Source: Schmidtea nova (taxonomy: Eukaryota). Taken from it: a stretch of 64,000 nt of DNA. The stretch lies in the NCBI GenBank assembly GCA_044892505.1, contig CM097882.1:324198001-324262000 (forward strand), written 5' to 3'. Numbering within the stretch: the stretch's first letter is position 1; every line of letters begins with the position of its first letter. The translations under genes were made by a program, and so were the position numbers. Shown here one piece after another: positions 59,960 through 64,000 of the stretch. The notes below the pieces were generated by a model. It did no database searches. It was not told the DNA's origin and worked only from the letters and a program-made list of their open reading frames with translations.

Positions 59960-60737
59960 ATTCTATTCGGTCATCTTGCGAGTCTTGCGATTTGGAAAAG
60001 CAAACCGTCGTTGAATTTGGAATTCTTACTTACGTAGCGTTTTTGTTGGGTCGTACTCGACCACCTAGATAATAGTGCCAGGTATCGTCTGACACACGAC
60101 AAACGTAGAAGTATCCTTATAATTTTCACCCACTTGGAAGGACCATTCACGTCTTCCGAGCCAATAGACTTTCTTTACTAGTGCTTCGCAAACAGTGAAG
60201 GTCCCAGGCCTCTCTTAGCTGGAATTATCCATTCTTTGTCCCTATCGATTGGACGTGAAATGAATTGCGGTTCTGTCTTTACAATTATTTGGGTGTGGGA
60301 AATCGTTGATTTATTCCCCATCTCTAATTTAAATATAATTCTTATTGCTGGCGTATTGGTGATTACTTCAATCGGATTTCATGATGGACGACTCTCCTAT
60401 TTTAATGTTCCTGAGGTTATCAAAGAGAATGAACCCCAATTCGTTTAGCCATCTACTTGGGATAAAACCAAAATAAATTATCCAGCGAGGAAAATAGGAT
60501 GGGTCTCGTATTAAAACAAACTACATGGGTGTAGTGTCGGATGGTGATTAAATCTCGGGAGAGGGCTCCTGGGGGCCCCCTCTCTATCAAACGTTTTCGG
60601 TATGGTTCTGCTCTCACATCGCCACTTCCACCCACTGTCACTGAGCTCTGCCGACGTTCCGTGGGAGATCTTTGAGTGGCCAGGAGACTGGCACTTTTAT
60701 CTGGCCATTTCGGAAATATTTGATCTTTCTCTGACAT
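59960..60737 (-). pseudogene. Degenerate ORF-X copy
   Basis: WPLKDLPRNVGR (~60670), M*FVLIRDPSYFPRWIIYFGFIPSRWLNELGFILFDNLRN (~60530-60405). Confidence 0.65.
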
Positions 60738-62305
60738 ATCTTTGATTGGTTGGTTTTAATTAAACGCATGATGATTATACTCAGAAAATTTAAATAGGAT
60801 TTTGTTTAAAATAGAAGTTTGAATGCACTTAAATTGAATATTTATTTGACTTCAGCGCACTATAACTGCGATCTCTTTTAAATCCGATCGAGGAATTTAT
60901 GTGATATGGCTTGGATTGATTAGTTTATACTACACTTTCATTTATTTGTCCTTTGGCTTTTACTTATTCAGAACTGATCTCTGCGATTCTATAACGGACG
61001 TAGTCGATATCACACTAACTGAGCTACATTATTGATTAATTGGAATTTCTTAATGAATTTATGGTCATTGATTTACCCCGATCGATAGCTATCATGATTC
61101 GGTAACTTAAGGCGGTCTTACTGGCATGACCCATTGGATTTCAATTCTTCCCCCTTCGCGGTTGAATTTCCCTGGTATCGTATACGGAGATTGTCAGTTA
61201 CTTTCTATTTATTGAGTACGATATTGGATTGCTCTGGCTATACCTTTAAACTGTTATGTACAATATGGTTTAGTTTCGCCTTAACGGCGCTCTTCTAACG
61301 AATATCTCTTAGAAAATAATTCATTCGATGTTGGTTTTAGTGGGCTATTCCGCAACAATAGTGCCTGGGTGACGAGAACGTGACTACCCTACGGTGGTTA
61401 TATGGATGGAATCAAACTAACAACATCTCGTGACTTGCGAGTGGATAAATCTCAACCACGAGTGGGGAAATCACATTTCGATAAAATACTCTGCGTGATG
61501 ATTACCTTAAATTACCCTCGATAACTATTTAATTCCCATATGTGATTATCAATTCGATTTCAAATTCGAAAGTTTCTATATATTGAATTTGATTTCAATT
61601 TTTTAATTTCTGACAAGTATTTGTCAAAAAAAATAATAAATATAGAAAAATTTGTAGAAAAAATTATTATTATAAAAATATATATTACATAATATTTGTA
61701 TGAATTAATATATAGTATTCCATAATAGATTTCTATTAATGTAAGATCATAAATATATAGATTTATAAAAATCTTACGAAATTTATGTATTTTTATGTAA
61801 AATTACACAATAAAAATGGATAATTATGTAATTTTTCAAAAAAAAATTAGGAGGGGCACCAGAAAAATTATGGGGGTACCTTTTATGGGATATTTGGTTT
61901 ACTATAAATAGCTAGCTATCCTATGATTTTGATTTAATTTGCCCTATGTTATTATTAATCTGGATACGATTTTAAATCTGATTTCCATTTAGTTTGCCCT
62001 ATGTTCAATCCCTATTTTCCCCTTGATTAGCCGAAGGTCACCGCATCGGCGCAATCCTCGAAAGGAGCACGACCGAGAGGCCTTCCATGTCGGGGTCAAC
62101 AACCAATCAACAACTCAATTTATATAAAAAAGGGTTATGAGGGGTTACCCGCAAAATAATATATAACAGTTAGACCAAAATAAAGCACAAAAATACCTTT
62201 TATCAAATGATGCCACGTTCGATACAAAATTTTGAATTACAATTTACAATTTACAAATGACAATTTCTGGATAAATTGTGTGTGCTCCTTTTCTATTTTA
62301 TGGTC

Positions 62306-62513
62306 TCGCGTCTGTATGCGCTATGAGATTCTCTCGTGTTCGCGTCTGTGTGCGCGTTGATATTTTTGATATTTTGGTATTTATCTGCGTCTGTGCGCAT
62401 ATTTTTGGTCTTATTACCATCGCGTCTGTGTGCGTATGGTTTCATATTTTCTTGGAAAGTGTCGCGTTTGTGTGCGCATTTACGGTTTAGATAATTATTG
62501 CGTCTGTGTGCGT
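62306..62513 (+). repeat. Array of six (TC)GCGTCTGT(G/A)TGCG(C/T) motifs with unique AT-rich spacers
   Basis: Direct reading. Confidence 0.85.
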
Positions 62514-62595
62514 GTTGGTAATTTTTTGTGGTTTTATTTTGGATAAATTGATTTTTAACTCTCATATTATTGGAGTTGTTTAGTCGAACTATTTT

Positions 62596-63332
62596 TTGAT
62601 GTTTTTAGCGGATTTTAGAATTGGAACTGGGTGGTATTTGAATTTAAATTGGAAATTGTTGGATTATGTAAATCGCGTATCAATGACAAATGATATTGTT
62701 AGGATGTGTAATGGTTCAACGGGAAGCGAGTTATCAAATAAAACCGATATCGGGACGGATTATGACAATATGAAAAAAGCCACCGCAAGTTTCATTCGTA
62801 GATGCCATGGGAATTATTTCAATTCAAATGAATGTCCTCATTATCTCCGTGACTTAAATAAGACAATCGTGTTAATGTTTTCGCATGTCTCTGACGATAA
62901 TCCACCTTCAAAGTATATCTAAATGGAAATTTCCGTAGATTAATGGCAAAAGAAAATCTGCTGCGATCGGTATTTTCTCACCATCAATTTATGTCGTTCT
63001 CTAAATACAGTTCTGGCATTAAGTGCTTCGTTCTTATCTTGGTGAAAAAGCATTATTTGCAACAATTTACATTGTTTGGATCGACTCATGTGACACTGCT
63101 AATGATATGCGCTTCTTCGCATTTGATGATTGACAATTTATTCAATGGATTTTCAATGACAGTTTCTAGAAAGTTATGTAATGATATTATGACAAATATG
63201 GTTGGGTTTTTCGTCGGAAGTAGTCCGCCAATTAAAGTTTCTTTATTGGGTCTTGCTTATTTCTTCTCTCAAGCCTTGATTAACTGGCCTGGATCAAACA
63301 CAAGTCGTTACAATAAATTTTCACAATACTAA
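62596..63332 (+). other. Two unassigned ORFs (108 and 129 aa), possibly a decayed gene fragment
   Basis: Normal-complexity coding-like sequence downstream of the repeat array; no family recognised. Confidence 0.25.
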
Positions 63333-64000
63333 TACTCAAGAATTCTAATAGACTGAATTGGACGCTGGTATTTATATTATTTCGGTATGCTAGTCGACCA
63401 ATCAGTGGGCGCTTTCCACTCATCACATGTAAGTTTATTTATTTATTTCTCTGTTTATATTTTTCAATTCTAGCTATTTCCGGTATTTTGTTCAATAGTC
63501 AGATAATGACTTATTAAATTGCACTTTATTTTTACATTAAAAAATGTTTCCTTTTGGACTATTTTCGATAACTTCGGCATATTACTGACATAACGTTTGT
63601 GAACATTTTGCACCTTATTTAAAAAAATATTTGTCGCAATTATTTTACACCAAAAATAGATCTTTCGATGATCTGGGGACTCCCGTTTTCAAAGCCTTAC
63701 ACTTATTGCTTAAATCCTACTAAGGTTTACGGTCGATCATGTCAACTGTCTGACTAAGTTCTCCGCTAGGAGCACTAGCCATCCTTCAACGACCCAATAA
63801 GCCACCAGAGGTTCTTGCTATCAATGAGGAGAGAGATTCATATTGTGATATGTATTTATGTTGTAGCAATGTATGTGTAATGGAAAACTGTTGAGCCCAT
63901 GCAAGTCAACTGTAAAGGGTCAGGACGGTTTGGAGTGAATGCTGTATAGTGCGAGTATAACAAAAAACAAATAACAAAATAATTAAATTTACCACTTTTA

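Noticed and set aside
62306-62513. CRISPR array
   Set aside because: Eukaryotic context, repeats only 14-16 bp and degenerate, spacer lengths irregular, no cas genes

Overview
AT-rich eukaryotic DNA from an invertebrate animal. Tiny 42-50 bp introns sit beside huge TE-filled ones, (ATT)n and (TA)n tracts are abundant, and there are five N gaps; this is compatible with a planarian-like genome, but the species cannot be fixed from sequence alone. There are no prokaryotic features, CRISPR arrays or rRNA. Host genes: a complete six-exon RNASEH2B (42916-58431) whose fourth intron is 14.5 kb of mobile DNA, and the last two exons of a golgin-45/BLZF1 gene (20037-20568). Mobile elements: an intact young Ty3/Gypsy element with identical LTRs (21018-26087, minus); a defective CsRn1-type Gypsy (33042-36889); a 5'-truncated Penelope-like element with an inverted pseudo-LTR and hammerhead ribozymes; a full-length Sola2 DNA transposon (51588-57344) whose right TIR is split by a 1.5 kb insert carrying a chimeric PRP38 gene fragment; a hAT MITE; and relics of a Polinton PolB, a gag and a LINE. 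The main unexplained signal is a family of two-gene cassettes (called ORF-X and ORF-Y here). I recognise no homologue for either gene, yet about six strongly diverged copies recur in 64 kb (11.4-11.9, 13.3-14.9, 15.7-17.0, 26.8-27.7, 39.8-41.1, 59.4-60.7 kb) with conserved gene order, shared downstream segments and no RT or transposase attached.
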